Part shown: piece after piece, positions 39,111 to 53,880 of the stretch | How positions within the stretch are numbered: position 1 is the first letter of the stretch | Layout: each line of letters opens with the position of its first letter | Assembly: GCF_009914755.1 (NCBI RefSeq) | Contig: NC_060931.1 | Length of the DNA: 64,000 nucleotides | Origin: the human T2T-CHM13v2.0 reference genome, Homo sapiens | Strand: one strand, 5' to 3' | Notes under the pieces: generated by a model | Told to the model about the DNA's origin: nothing | Database searches by the model: none | What the model saw: the letters and a program-made list of their open reading frames with translations, nothing else | Made by a program: the position numbers and the translations under genes

Positions 39111-42100
39111 GATGCCCTCCCTTTAGTGATAACTAGGGATCTTTTGATTCTCGTTTTTCCTAGCTGCTGTCCCCTCCTTTTTTTTTTTTTCTGTTTTTAT
39201 TTGTTTGGTGGCATTGTTTTATATGTTTTTCATCTTAAAAACTAAAGTGCCAGGGTTTAGGATGGGCAACTTGTTTTGCTAAAAGAGCATCCTCGTATCT
39301 GACCCTATTAATTTTGAGGAGCTGGAAGAAAGGGAAATAGCAATTTACCAGAAGTAGATATATCATGTTCCTCATTTCTTGCCCCCTTTGGTCAGGCAGT
39401 TATGTTACAAACAGCTGATCCAGAAACATTCTTTAGAGGAAAATCTGACTTTGTGAATGTGTTTAGATGTCGGATACTGTCTTTATCTGAACCTGTATAA
39501 CCTTGGAAACCTGAAACCTGAAACTTAAAAATTAATTTTGAATTTTTGTTTGTGGTATTTGCAAGTAGTGTTACAATTGTTTATTCATGAAGTTCTCTGA
39601 GGCTATTAGATGTGGCAAAACTAAATGCTACCCCATTTTAAGATTGTCTCAGTTTTATAGAATATTCTTTTTTTAATCAAAAGCCTTAGACCTTATTTAT
39701 TTGCTTTACGTATGTTTTTAAGTTAATAAACTCATAGTTATAATCAAATCTCATTTTCTGGAGAAATATGTTTTATAAGCAGTTTAATATACAAAATTTA
39801 AGAGATCCCTACTTTCTGTGTGTCATTTTGACTCTCTTATTAGTATTCGTCTTGTATTCCAGTAATAGGGTTAGATAAATGATTTCTATGTCATTTGATT
39901 TGGTATCTTAGGCAGTTTCTTTTGTAGCAACAGCTGCTCTCCTGTTCTGAGGACCTGTTCCTGGGCCTATAACTAATCTGGGAATTTTACTCTTAAGTTG
40001 GCAATGTTTAGGAATTTAGGAAGCCAGTTTTCCTGGTTCTGAAATGGAGTAGCTTTCTGTTTTTATAAACAAGGCTAATTAATTACCAGTTTGTATTGGA
40101 ACTGAAATCCTCTCCTTTCTGTCTAATGGTCGAGACCATTTTATCCTATGAAGTGAACTTTTCACAGAGTACTGCTGTGGTGCTATAATAATACACTATC
40201 TTATATATACTATTGACTACCATTTTACATGTGCACATTGAAGAAATCAGGTTGAAAATACCAAGCTTTTAATTATAGGTGTTAGGCACTAAGGAAGAGC
40301 ATTTTAAAGATAATTTCACACTCATGTCTCTCCCCTCCCCTTCAGTACTAGGTTGGATAATTTAGTCAAAGAAGCACAGTTCCCTTTCCTATTTGTCTGG
40401 AAATAATTATTTACTGAGGAGATATGTGCTCAGTGGAAGAAAGGTTTGGCAAGTGATACATATTCTTTAGCTCGTTGGTGTTGGGAGCATATGTTAGTGA
40501 TCCTATAATAAAAAGCACATGCTTAAAAAGTGGTTACTGTGTGTGGGTAGTAACTATTTTATGCAGTATTGTGTCATGGGAAGGGCTTCATTTTGATTGG
40601 GAATAATGGATGAATTTAAACCAATATACAAGTTTTGTAATCATTGTTTTTTCACGGTCTGGTCCTGCCCTAGAAATATCTACTCATACAATGTGGAATC
40701 TTGGGATTCCATTGTACTTACTTAGAGGTCAACTTTAGTAAAATTTTAAAGTCAATATATGGTAAAAAATGAGTGTTAAGTAATGTAAATGTGAATTTAG
40801 CTACCATTGAAAGTAAAAATAAAGCCAAACTATTTTGACAAAGTCACATTATTTTGTGATGTAACAAAAGTTAGTTTTGTTCCTAATTAAAAGTTTTTCC
40901 CTGCATCTTTATCTTATTTATTATTTAGTTGACTAAAAAGAGTCTAAGTATGAACCAGGTTGACTGTTCAATATAAGTTTAGCACTGTAATGTGTATTTT
41001 GAGGACACATCCATTTTTGTTTGTTACCTTCAGTGTTGGTCTTTTTAGAATTAATTGACCTGACCATATAAAGTATTACTTTAATTATAATCTAGACATA
41101 AACTTTTATTTCAAGACCAAGCTTGGTATCTGGCACAAACTGTAGTGAAGTTCTGAATGCATATAAATCTTCTTTCCATATTCAGAGGCTGGTTTCCTAA
41201 AAGCAGCCATTATGTTTTTAGTAATTTAGGATTTTCTGCTTTTGTTAATACATTTTTTGGTAAGATATAATGATTTCTTCAAAGTTTTAAAACAATTTTT
41301 GTATTCAAATCTAATAGACTGATTTTTAAAACTGCCATTAGACCTAATTATTCTTGGAGGATTTTTCTTAGAATTAAGGTGTTTGGGAATGTATTAAAAT
41401 GGGGATTATTTACATGTATTTTTAAATGTAGAACTTAGAACATAAGTTTAAGATAACCTTTTTACATACACTTTCATTAGCACTATTAGTTTAGCAACAT
41501 TAAGCAATCATAATAGTTTCCTAGTTTTGCATCATACATTTATCTATTGAGATCATGTTAACATTGTTTTGTTGGTAAATGACAGTTTCTCACAGATCAG
41601 CTTTATTCAGAAATTATTTTTGATATGCCTGAAAGCCTATATTAATTTAAAAATGTTTCATTTAATTGCTACATTTAATCTGCTAAATCTAGGTTACATA
41701 GAATGATGAACTATATCTAGCAATATTTGTCTGCCCTGTTTTTAGCGGAAAAAAATAGGCCTTCACATTTAACATATGAAACACTCACAAGGTAATTTCA
41801 TAAAACAATAAGTAAGAGAATACTAAAACTTTTAATATTTTGGTGATTTTTTTGAAGAAATAAGCACTCTGTGTTACTCATCCTAATTGCAAACTGTGTT
41901 CAGTGGGTTATACACCAAAGTGTCAGATTTTATTGTTGTCTTGTAATTTTGTTTGCTCCAGTAAAAGCAGGATATTACAAAGAACATGGTCAATGTTTTG
42001 TTGTATAATATGTGTTGAATTTATTGATGTATTTTAAAATAGATTATGTATTTGATAACATAGTTTGGATTCAATGTCATTGATGAAGTTGGGAGCATTT

Positions 42101-43912
42101 CTTTTTAATCGGCATATACATTTTAATTCCAAGGTCATGTATTATGTTCATCTTCATCTTTAATGTCATGCATTCTGTCTCATCTTCATAATTCATCCTA
42201 ATAGTATAAATCAAAATAACAACATAGTTTGTGAAGTGTGGTTGCAATAATAAAATGAGAATGCAGTATGTCGAAATACAAACAGTAAGTTTTGAAAGTT
42301 TGTGTTTCTACAAAATTGAACTGCTTGAAGAGAATTTATATTGATTTTATGAAAGAGCAAGTAGATGAGTCATCTAAATTTTGTAATTTTAGGAAATCAA
42401 GAAGTGTTAGTCACTGTAGAATTTGAAAATGCTGTATGCTTTATATATTAACTTTTAATCATAAATGTAAGTCAATGTTTCATTCCAACTTTAGCTTTTT
42501 CTTAGAACTTATTTTTACTAAAAATAGTTAAAGGAAAAAATTTCCTAAAAGATTGTATTTTTAACAATGTTTATATTTTTATTTGTTGTTAAATGATAAA
42601 TATCTGTCAGAACATTTACAGTCTTAATTTCATTTGAATGGAAAACTCATATTTTAAGATAGAGATTTCTTTAATTTCCATGAGAGCTTTAAGAATTTAG
42701 GATTTGAGCATTTGCTGTGGCATATGGTGCATTTTCTGTCCTATTTTGTATACCAGCCCATTAAGGAGAGAAAGTGAAGTAAGTAATCTAAAAATAACTT
42801 GCTGTTGGCCTAATTTAACAACAACAAAAAAAGTCTTCTGTGCATAAGTAAAGTTCCACATTTTGTCTCCCCTAGTGGAAAATCTCTGAAGCATTTTGCC
42901 ACCTATTCACAGAGCAACATCTTGTTTGGCATCATAATTACAGCCAGAAGGGCTGTTTTGACTTCTTTTTATCATTATGTGTGCTAGCCCTAGTCGTAGT
43001 TCTAACCTCCGTAGTCCAGAGGGACCCACCTTATCTGATGATTACCATTTGGCACTTATGCACACACCTTTTTCCAAAATGCATTCATTTTCACAGAGAA
43101 ACTTAGGATCTTGAATTGAACTTGAATTGGTATTTACAAAAAACAATAGAATTAAAAGTATATGTCAAAATTAACCACAAGATGTATAGCCATGTTTCAA
43201 AAAGTTTATTTTTCCCTATTCAACTCATCTTTAAATTATCATAGGCCATTTAAAAATACCAACAACTTGTAACATGAAAAAAGGTTAATGGATTGTTTTT
43301 CATTTTTACCTTTTCTATGTTTTTTTGCCATTTTATTTATACTCTTTACTATTTTTCAGATTGTTAATGTTTTCATACTTTTTGGCATCTTGTTGTCATG
43401 CTCATTGGGGTACTTGTGGTGTGGAAACCAGAAGATAATGGTTCTTTTTCTAACTTTAAGATTTTGGACACTTTTGGACATTTCTTATGATTATACATTC
43501 AGTATTGATTAGAGGTGCAAAGTACTTCAAGAGGTTGAGTATGGGATATCAATGGCAGAATGATGGCTTTCTTCCTGGTAGGGGGAACTACTTGGCCCTG
43601 ATGTATTTAAAAGCTTTTGCATTTAACATTCAAAGGAATTTTTATTTCTTCCATAAGAGCTTTAAGAATTTAGTAGTGAGCATTTGCTGTGGCATATGGT
43701 GCATTTTAAATTTTAAAATACTTTTGAATCCTCCATAAGCATTCATTCACTGATATGTTGGACTAGTATGATCTTAGAACACCCATAAAGAATACTTTAG
43801 CTCTTAAAAAAATAAGGTGTGGAGCAGATAGGAAAGAAACTTTGTTAAATAATAACATGATTTAAGTATCAGAGGATTAGAAGAAGAAGTAACAGCCCTG
43901 TTAAGGATCTGC

Positions 43913-44356
43913 TGTATTAGAGTGCTGCATTAATGCCTGCAATCAATCACACCTCCCAGTATCCAGGTTCTCATGAAGTCCCCTCCCATAGTTATTCTGG
44001 CTTGGTTATGTGACTTGCTTTGGCCGGTGCGACATCAGTGAATGTGGTGCAAGTGGAGACTTTATAAGTGCTTGTACATTGGAGCTTATATTTTTGAAAT
44101 GCTGCTGTCACCATTTCAGGAAGCCTTGTATAGCCTCCTTCCTTAAAGATTAAAGATCACGTGGAGAGACTTACCACAAGGGCCCAGGTGAGCTCTACCC
44201 CTACCTGCCCCACCAGCTGAATTCAGCTGCATGAGTAAGCCCATGCCAGATCAGCAGAAGAACCATGCAGCTAACACAGAATTGTGAGGAATAGTAAATT
44301 GTTACCTTTAGCACTAAATTTTGAGGTGGTTTGTTATATAGCAATAGATAAAACAT
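43913..44356 (+). mobile_element. MLT1H-like MaLR LTR
   Basis: tgtgacttgctttggcc; ending ttttgaggtggtttgttatatagcaatagataa. Confidence 0.75.
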
Positions 44357-45117
44357 AAGGGAACTTATCCAGCTACAGGAACTTTTAAGTTTATTTTTTC
44401 TGTGTCCCTTTTATAGCAGTTGCTTTGGTCACATTTTTGCTATACCTACTATCTATGAAACACTGTTTCTGGTTACAGATAATTTAATAGTAATTTTTCA
44501 CAATTGTCATTGTGTAAAACAGGATTTAAAAAAATATATCCTGGTTGGAGGAAGAGATCTGTAAATGAGGGGAGTATTAATAATACTTCAAGTTCATACC
44601 TATTTGACATGTTCTGGTGAGCTGCTTCGAAAAACTTCACTTATCCATGTGGATGAGAAATTGGATCTCATGGGAGCAACTCACCTTAAGAGAGGAGAGA
44701 TTTGGGGTTTGAAGACTGTTCCCAGGGCCAAAGATTGTCATGAGAAAAATGGGTGTTTATTCAAGCAGAAGAAGTTGTGAACTGCTCTGATGGACTACTA
44801 TTAACTATTCCACTGCAGAATTTGTGGCAGAGTCCTAGGAAGAACAGGGACCAAATATAGCAGCAGTACTAAAACCACTGCCTGTAAGACTTTATGGGCG
44901 TAATGCAATTATACTTTGTCACTAGTGTACAAGAGTGTGCCACAAATGCTAGTAGAGGGGATTTTTGCCCACTCCAATAAGGTGCCTTTTAAATCACCTT
45001 GAAACACAAACCTGAGGAGTGCTCACATACTGGAAATATCAGGCACTGAAACAGAGAATCAGTGATGTAGGAAGTTACAATACCAGTACCAAAAAGGGGA
45101 ATGTGGTTTCTGCACTT

Positions 45118-45418
45118 TTTTTTTCTTTTTTTTGAGAAAGGGTCAAACTCTGTGGCCCAGGCTAGAGTGCAGTGATGTGATCTCAGCTCACTGCAACCTT
45201 CTGCCTCCTAGGTTCAAGCAATTCTCCAGCCTCAGCCTCCTGAGTAGCTGGGACTACAGACATGTGCCACCAATGCCTGGCTAATTTTTGTGTTTTTTGT
45301 AGAGATGGGGTTTCACCATGTTGCCCAGGCTGGTCTCAAGCCCCTGAGCTCAAAGCTATCCACCCACCTCGGCCTCCCAAAGTGCTGGGATTACAGGCGT
45401 GAGTCACTGTTCCTGGCC
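45118..45418 (-). mobile_element. Alu (AluJb/AluS)
   Basis: Antisense Alu dimer; TSD tggtttctgcactt at 45104 and 45419. Confidence 0.93.
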
Positions 45419-46211
45419 TGGTTTCTGCACTTCTAATGCTTGTACTGGTTGTTGCTAGAATGTTTTCTACATGGCTTGAGGATACAAATGCTCATTGTCA
45501 GGAGCAGGAGAATAGGGAGGCTCCAGTGGAACTTGGAAATATACCTAAAGGAACACCGGTGGGAAACCTCTGGAACTTCCTCACTTAGCTGGGAGGCATT
45601 TGAAAGGAGTTAAGAGAACTTGTGGGTATGCAGATTTAGCCATTTTCATTGTTACTAATTTGGCTCTTTCTTTCTCACCCTTAAGTGGCCTGGGAGAACA
45701 TGAGTTACTCATGTCTATATTGAGTTCATTTCATCCGGTTGTCTTCATAAAGAGTGACAAAAACAGAAGGAAACAGTACAAAAAATTCAGATTAATTTCA
45801 GAGTCTTGAGTGTATTGCGCAATTTTAGGATGTTGACTGATCCTTCATCAGAGATTGAACCATGATGGTGGAAGAATTACAAAGCTGTGAAAGAGATTGC
45901 TGTAAGAACAAGAATTAACACTTTAGAAGACAAAATGATTTGTAGTCTCTTTAGTTATCTAAAGTAGTATGTATGTAGGTAGGTAATTGGTGTTCACGAA
46001 CATGATCAAATTGGTACTGTGGAGAAAAAGAAGAAATAAAAAAAGACCAAATGTGAAATAGAGTATAAAGACCTCTAGGAGAACTATGAGAAAAGCACAA
46101 TTAAATAAACTCATGAAGAAAAGAAGCAAAGACTTTCTCAAATCCTAAACAAAAATCACTACATTTTATTAGAAATGAATTATACTTGGAATTTTTTAAT
46201 TCATTATTTCT

Positions 46212-46620
46212 ATTTTTAGAGATGAGTTCTCACTCTGTCACTCAGGCTGGAGGGCAGTTGTGCCATTATAGCTCACTGCAGCCTTGAACTCCTGTGCTCA
46301 GGCAGTCCTCCATTCTCAGCCTCCTGAGTAGATGGGACTACAGGTGTGTGCTACCATTTTTTAAATTTTTTGTAGGGACGGCCTCACTTTGTTGCCCAGG
46401 ATGGTCTCAAACTCCTGGCACAAGTGATCCTCCTGCCTCAGCCTCCTGAGTACCCAGGACAACAGGTGTGTACTACCATATCTGGATATTTATTATTATT
46501 TTTTTATAGATGGGGTCTTGCTATGTTGTCTAGGCTGGTCTCACACTCCTGGACCCAAGTGATCCTCCTGCCTTGACCTCCCAAAGTGCTGGGTTAAGGT
46601 GTGGGCCACCACTCCTGGCC
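46212..46620 (-). mobile_element. Composite old Alu with three monomers
   Basis: Three successive Alu monomer units separated by T-rich linkers. Confidence 0.8.
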
Positions 46621-47045
46621 TTGGCAAAGATTTTTATATATTTAAAGCAGTGACAGTTAAAAGCCCAACATGATTATTTTTGGGGTAAATAATTTTACCA
46701 ATTTTAAAATAACTTGAGAAAGGGTTGAAAAATTGTATTTAAGAGAAAGCAACAGGAGAGGAGAATGAAGCTATGCTACTACATCAATGTGAATTTTATG
46801 TATGCCTTGTTTCATTCCACAAAGAATTTAAGAGAATTATAATAGGAAAACTCTCCAGTGAAATATGAAGTAGAAAATAAAATAAAACAAAAATGAAGGA
46901 AAACATGATTCAGTATAGAAAGTCAAAATGAGGAAAGATGTCTACCAGAATGAAAGAGAGAGAGTGCTCCTAATTTGCCTTTGTGATTACTGGCAGTTAA
47001 AACAAAATGTAATTAGTTATAGAATGTCCATTTTGAAAAAGAAGA

Positions 47046-47120
47046 ATATATATATATATACGCATATATACATATATGTGTATATACACACACACACATA
47101 TATATAAATATATATATAAT
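47046..47120. repeat. Mixed (TA)n/(CA)n microsatellite
   Basis: Direct reading. Confidence 0.9.
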
Positions 47121-48129
47121 ATTCTTTAGGAAAGGAAATATTCTTTGGACTAAATTCTACAAAAGATTTCTTGTGTTGGATCTTACTTGGGAATAATGAG
47201 TGATACAGGGGCTAGATCCTTGACCACGTTCCAGCAACAGATTTTCTGAAGCATCACTTATGTCTCTTCCTGTGAAATTAAAAGATATACCATCAAAGCA
47301 CAACTCCGTGAGTTTGATTATGAGACGGACTAAGATATATGAGTCTCAGTTAAATCTTTTGAAACAACAAGTGCAGATTTCTGTTTGTTTTTTTTCTCCA
47401 TTGTGCCATAGATGAATGTTTTGAACAGTGTACTGAGCAACTCTTCCTGGATACTCTTTCTTATTTTTCTTGGTTGGAATGTAAAATATTGCTTTCTTTC
47501 AAGAAGGTTGAATTGTATTTCTCTATGATAGCTCCACCTTGCCTTATAGTTATTGATATTCACCTCTCAGAATGAACCTCATAGTGATAGTTGTTGGACT
47601 TCAGAGCCTGGCTTTCTGAAAATATTGAAGTTATATCATCCTAAAATTTTGACTTGTATTAAATAATCCAAGACTGAAAACAGCAACTACATAGAGAGAC
47701 TGAAATCATGGAAGAAGAACTGAAACAAGGAAAGTTAACAGTGTTCTCTAAGCAATTGAAAATTTGAAAACGTTTGTGTAAAATAGAACATTACTTAAAC
47801 AGTTGTTTTATTTTGTGTGTTGCATTTTTTTTTTGTTTTGAATCATTGGCTACTAAGTGTCAATTTAACTTACTAATTATAACTTCAGTCCGTCTACTTT
47901 TTTCCATTTCCAACTTTGCCATCACAGATTAAGGCCCTCTCAGCTCTGGTTTTGCCTGCTGATGTAGTCTTCTAAACTGTGTCTTAGTGCATGTTTCTGG
48001 TATGTGGCTTTTGCTATTTCATCTCTTTTTTTCTTCTGTATCTGTGCCTACCAGAATGCAGGCACATTTTAGGTGCTTAATGCATATTTGTTGAATGAAT
48101 TAATGGCTTTTTCATGGAACCTGCCTCTC

Positions 48130-48735
48130 CAGAAGGTTCTCTAACACAGCAGGCAGAATGATGTTTATAAAGCAGTTCTTTTTATGTTATCCCTGTGGTT
48201 ATAATGACTCTTCATTTCTTTTAGAGAAATGACCAGAATCCTTAACATAGTGATCAGAGTTGTACAGTACATGGCTTCTCCCCTGTCTCCTTTCCCCTGG
48301 CTCTCTGCTCTTCAACACACTGGCATCTGTTCATTTCCTTCAACTGTGCCATCCTCTTTCTTGTCTCAGAGCCCTTATTGGAGCTTTTTCTTTGCCAGGA
48401 ATATTGGCTGTTGATCTTCCCACTTTTCTTCTCTACTCAACCCTCTCATCTCAATTCAGATGCAGCTTCCTCGTGGAACTCTTTTTTAACCTAACTAGAT
48501 CTATGCTATGGGTTCTCATAACACCCTGTTCTTTCAGTAAAGTTCATAATGACACATTCATCATGGCAGGAGCTGATTAACGTTTACCTGTCTCTGTGCC
48601 TCCACTCAACCATAAGCTCCTCAAAGGCAGGGACTTTTGTTTTGCCTCAGTTTGAACCCAGCACTTGCATGGCACCTGGTGTATGGTAGGAATTAAGCAT
48701 TTATTGAATAAATGAGTGAATAAATGAATGAATTT
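48130..48735 (+). mobile_element. L2a 3' portion
   Basis: cacagcaggcagaatgatg...taagctcctcaaaggcagggac...ttgaataaatgagtgaataaatgaatgaat tail. Confidence 0.7.
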
Positions 48736-50017
48736 ATTTATTCACTTATCTCTGCTTTTTTCCTGAATGAATTTAAAGTGCCTTCCATGATTGTAACCCC
48801 TCTAGTAGCATGTTTCCCTAATTGTGGCATAAATAGAATTTTTTTTGCTTTTTGTTTGGTTTTACCCAAAGACTACTGGTTATATATTTTGAAGTTACAA
48901 ATTTTAAAATAGACAGAGTAGCTCATGTAAAACCTGGATAGTGTGAGCAGTTAACAAGTGACACCGTTGGAACAACTCCAGATGCCAACTGCAGGATAAA
49001 CCTCATGGTCCTACAGGAGGGAATTAACCTATGGGTCAGCTCTATCCCCTAGTAAGGTTCTTTGGAGAGCCTTCCAGGATTGGGCTAGGGAATCTGGGAA
49101 CCAGAGTGGCAGAAGAAGGGGCAGTTGCAAGTAAGAAAACTGCCATAATTTCTGGTTCATAAGGACTTACTTTACTTTTAACCCATTTCTAGACTTGTTT
49201 TTTGCTAGGTATTAAAAAGACAAGCACAAAATAATAATAAATGGAATCAATAAGTGAAAAGGGAAAGAAGTTCAAGAAGATTAGAATTGTATTACATTTA
49301 GAAATTGAATTTAAATTTTGATAACATTTAAGATATTTGAAGTGATAGGTATAAAGACATTTAAAATGACAGCTGTAAATGAGAATAGGAAAATAAAGAT
49401 TGACTCCAATTCAAGAAAATAGGGATAAGAGTCAAAAATTAAAAGAATAACAATATGACATTTAAAGATAAAAGCTGGAGGTTAGATAAGGAAATAGAGT
49501 ATTGAAATAAGTTAATAGTAAACTATATGGGATTAAAAACGTAAAATGGGTTGGTAATTATGATTAAACATTAATGTGGAAGAAAAGTGAATAGAGGAGA
49601 TGTGAGGAAGGGTCTCTTCATAAGAGAACCATCCCCTCCTGAAGCCCTGGGCCTTCAGTCTCCCGCTCTTCAAAGGGTACTTATGCCTTTCCACACTACC
49701 TGCTCTGAATCTCAAGTCCCACCCAGTCCAAGGTAATCCTTTGGGGGAATATCTGCATACTCTGGGAAAGGCTCTTTTTTAAAAAGAAAATTTAAAGTTA
49801 ATACATATATCCAGAGTAGATGTTAGCAGCTTATAGCAAAAGATTCTGCATCCAAGTAACTCTTTCCTTAAGCTTGGCAGGTGAAAATAATTTTTTAGCC
49901 TCAGGGGAAAAAATTTTACTTTGATTTAGTAAATGTAGACTCTACCTGGAGGCAGATTATGCCACATTCTTTTATTTATTATAGAATTGTAATGATGAAT
50001 GCTTTAGGAATATTTAG

Positions 50018-50395
<378 letters not shown>

Positions 50396-50531
50396 TGAGA
50401 GGGATCTTAAACATTAAATTACTTTAAACTTCTGTTTTAGAGTTGGGAAATTAAAGCCTTGATAAATTAAGGTATTTTAAGCAATGTTTATTAGTCCAGA
50501 TGAGATTAAAACCTGGATCTCTTATTCCCCA

Positions 50532-50903
50532 GTGTCTTAGCTTGGGCTGGCATAACCAATTACCATCAACTAGATAGCTTATAAACAACAAAAATGTATT
50601 TCTCTTAGTTCTGCTGGAAGTCAGAGATCAGAGTGCCAGCATGATTGAGTTCAGGTGAGGCCCCTCTTCTGGTTTGCAGACTGAAGGCTTCTCATTGTAT
50701 CCTCACATGGCGAAGAGTAGAGCACAGAAAGCAAGCTCTCTTGTGACTCTTATAAGGGTCACTATTCCCATTCATGAGTGCTTCACTCTTATGATCGTAT
50801 CTTATTCTAATTACCACTCAAAGGCCTTACCATCTAATACCTTCTCATTGGAGGTTAGACTTCTAACATATGAATGTTGAGGGGTCACATTAAGTCTGTT
50901 ACA
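50532..50903 (-). mobile_element. MLT1A-like MaLR LTR
   Basis: tgtcttagcttgggctggcataac...tatcctcacatggcgaagag...catatgaatgttgagggg. Confidence 0.8.
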
Positions 50904-52277
50904 CCCAGTAGAGTCTTCTTTCCACCATAGCTGTACATATTTCCAGTTACTATTTATTGGGTTCACAGTGGTTGAATATTTTGTAACATTTATGAACAAT
51001 AATGGCAAAAAAAGAATGGGAAGTTCTAATAGAAGCTGCTCTCATTCCAGATTAGGAATGAATTAATAGAGAATTTATGCCACTCATACTGTCCTTATGC
51101 ATAATTTCTTATTCTGTGTGAAATTTGTCTTCATTAGAGCATGATTTTCAAAATGGGAAATATTAATCGTTTTCAAAATTACTGAAGATAGAAAAAGTAT
51201 GTGATAAAGCTAAGAATAGACAGGTATAGTAAATGACGGGTTATATATCAACCTAGAGGTTTTTTTTGGATACCCCCCTTTTTTTTTTTTTACCTAATCA
51301 GAGTCAAGCTTTGAAAAGATCTTGACAGGCTAGAATAGATAAAAACTCATAGGAATAAATTTAATAGAGATGAATGTAAAATTCTTATACATGTATAAGT
51401 TTAGTAGAAGTTCATGTAGCCTATAGTTTTTAATTGGCTACAGGCTTCATTTAAACTAACAGAATGACACTCATTGATTCAAATTTTAATACTTCTGATT
51501 ATGTGCCACGTAATTTTGCTGGATGCCAGCGACCCCAAGATCCATGTGTCACCTGATCCTTAGAGTGTGGAAGACACATCTATGAACAGATTATTTCACT
51601 CTCTCATAAGTACAGTTACAGAGGTTTGCACACAATGCTAGGGGAAGGCAGAGAAAGAAATAGTACTTAAGAGTGGATGATGGAGAGAGGAGAGGCTTTC
51701 CAGAGGAGAACCCTGAATTGTTCAACAGGCAGTTTGACTCATATACAAAGGTTGGAAATGAAGGTTGTTCTGGCTCTTTAGAGCCACAATTCTCAAAGTG
51801 GTTGGCCACCTTATGATGGACAAAGAAAGTCCATTTTGGAATTAAATTAATTCCCAAATACAAGTTCATTCTTTCATTCCCATGAGTGAAAAAATATGCA
51901 TAGGTTTTAACCTTCATGAACAATTAATGACTACTTACTAATAGCCTAAGTTAGTTATTAAGGATTATTAAAATACAGCATCCATTAACAAAATTCAGCT
52001 CATTACCAGAGTCTGCTGAGTATTCTAATATTCTATCAGAAGCCGGAGAGTGACAAAATACTTGCTGTATTGAAGAGCTTCTACTGCTCATGCTCACAAA
52101 ACGGGCAGCTGGAATTACCAATATTTTCTGGCAGAATGTTTTGTTATTGTATCAGCTAGGTTGTCTGATCATGGTGTATAAATGCAATTATTTTGATTAT
52201 TAATTATAAATGATTTAGATTTATCTATCAGTTATTTCCAGGATTGTAGTCTTATTGTAGTTACAATTCATATTTGT

Positions 52278-52601
<324 letters not shown>

Positions 52602-52629
52602 TTATAGACCCAATCATCTTTATCGGAGC

Positions 52630-52800
52630 TTTTAAAACATTGATATGCTTAAAAATCACCTGCAGAACTTGTTACAAACAGATTCCTGTGTATTGCCCCC
52701 AGAAATTCTCATTCAGTAGGTCTGTGTGCAGCCTGATAAGACTTCTTACAAGCTCTTGGGTAATACTAATGCTGCTGATCTTCCAATCCTACTTTGAATA
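52630..52800. mobile_element. MER5A-like DNA transposon
   Basis: aatcacctgcagaacttgttacaaacagattcctg...aaattctcattcagtaggtctg. Confidence 0.7.
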
Positions 52801-53424
52801 GTACATACCTATATTCTTATTGCTAAAGCAGAGGTATAGAAAATCCCATGAAAACATTTATATATTCTGACATCTCATCATTTAGCTCTTTTCTACTTGA
52901 GGATAGTAATAGATAGGATGAGATAAGTAGGTGGATGAGCAGCAGAGTCTCAGAGTGGCTAATTACAGTAATTCACTTAAAAAAAGATTCACAGAGTCTG
53001 GTTTTGAGCAAACTCAAGTTGATCAATGTGGCTAGATCAGTCACATGCTAGGAGAACAGACAGGATAAATCAGTGTGGCTCACATACCACATGCTAGGAG
53101 AAGAGAGATAAGTGTGGCTAAAGAAATTTACTGGATTACTTAAGAGTTTTGTATGGCGTTATGGCAAATCCAGTAAATTTCTGGATTATTTAGAGCACTG
53201 GCATTTATCTTAAGGATAGTAGTAAACTTTGAAAGCATTTGAAACTGGTGGCTAGCATAATCAAATCAAAGTTTTGAAAACGAGAGTATGGTAAGAAAGG
53301 GGGCAGGGAGATCAGTTTTGAAGCTGCCACAGTAATCCATGTGAGCAAAATGAAGGACTTGAACTAGAAAGCGGTGGTGAGAGTGATAAAAATGCAGTTC
53401 TGAGAGATATAAAAGAGGTGACAA

Positions 53425-53730
53425 TGATAATAGTTAACATTCTGTACTCACTATGGGCTGATCACTCTTCTAAGCACTTCATATATGTATGTGTGTGTGT
53501 GTGTGTGTGTATATGTATGTGTGTGTGTGTGTGTGTATATATATGTACACATGAACCAATTTAGTCCTGACCGCAGTTATATGAGAAAAGTGTTATTTTA
53601 ATTTACATTTTACAAAGGAAACTGAGTCACAGACGTTCAGCTACTTGTTTAAGGCCACACAGCTGGTAAGGGCATAGCAAGAATTTAAAGTCCAGTGGTT
53701 TGTCTTAGAGCCTGGACTCACACTGTGCAG
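53425..53730 (-). mobile_element. MIR with an internal (TG)n/(TA)n tract
   Basis: taagcacttcatat...ttttacaaaggaaactgagtcacaga...aaggccacacagctggtaag. Confidence 0.7.
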
Positions 53731-53880
53731 TAAATTTGATGCAATTTGATGGTCGGATGACAGGGAGGGGGAAGAATACAGGACACCAGCAGATTTCTCA
53801 ACATTGCTAGCTTGTGTACAATATAGGAAAAGTAGGAGGTGAAGCATATTTGGGGTATGATGAAGTGGAAAAATAAGAAT

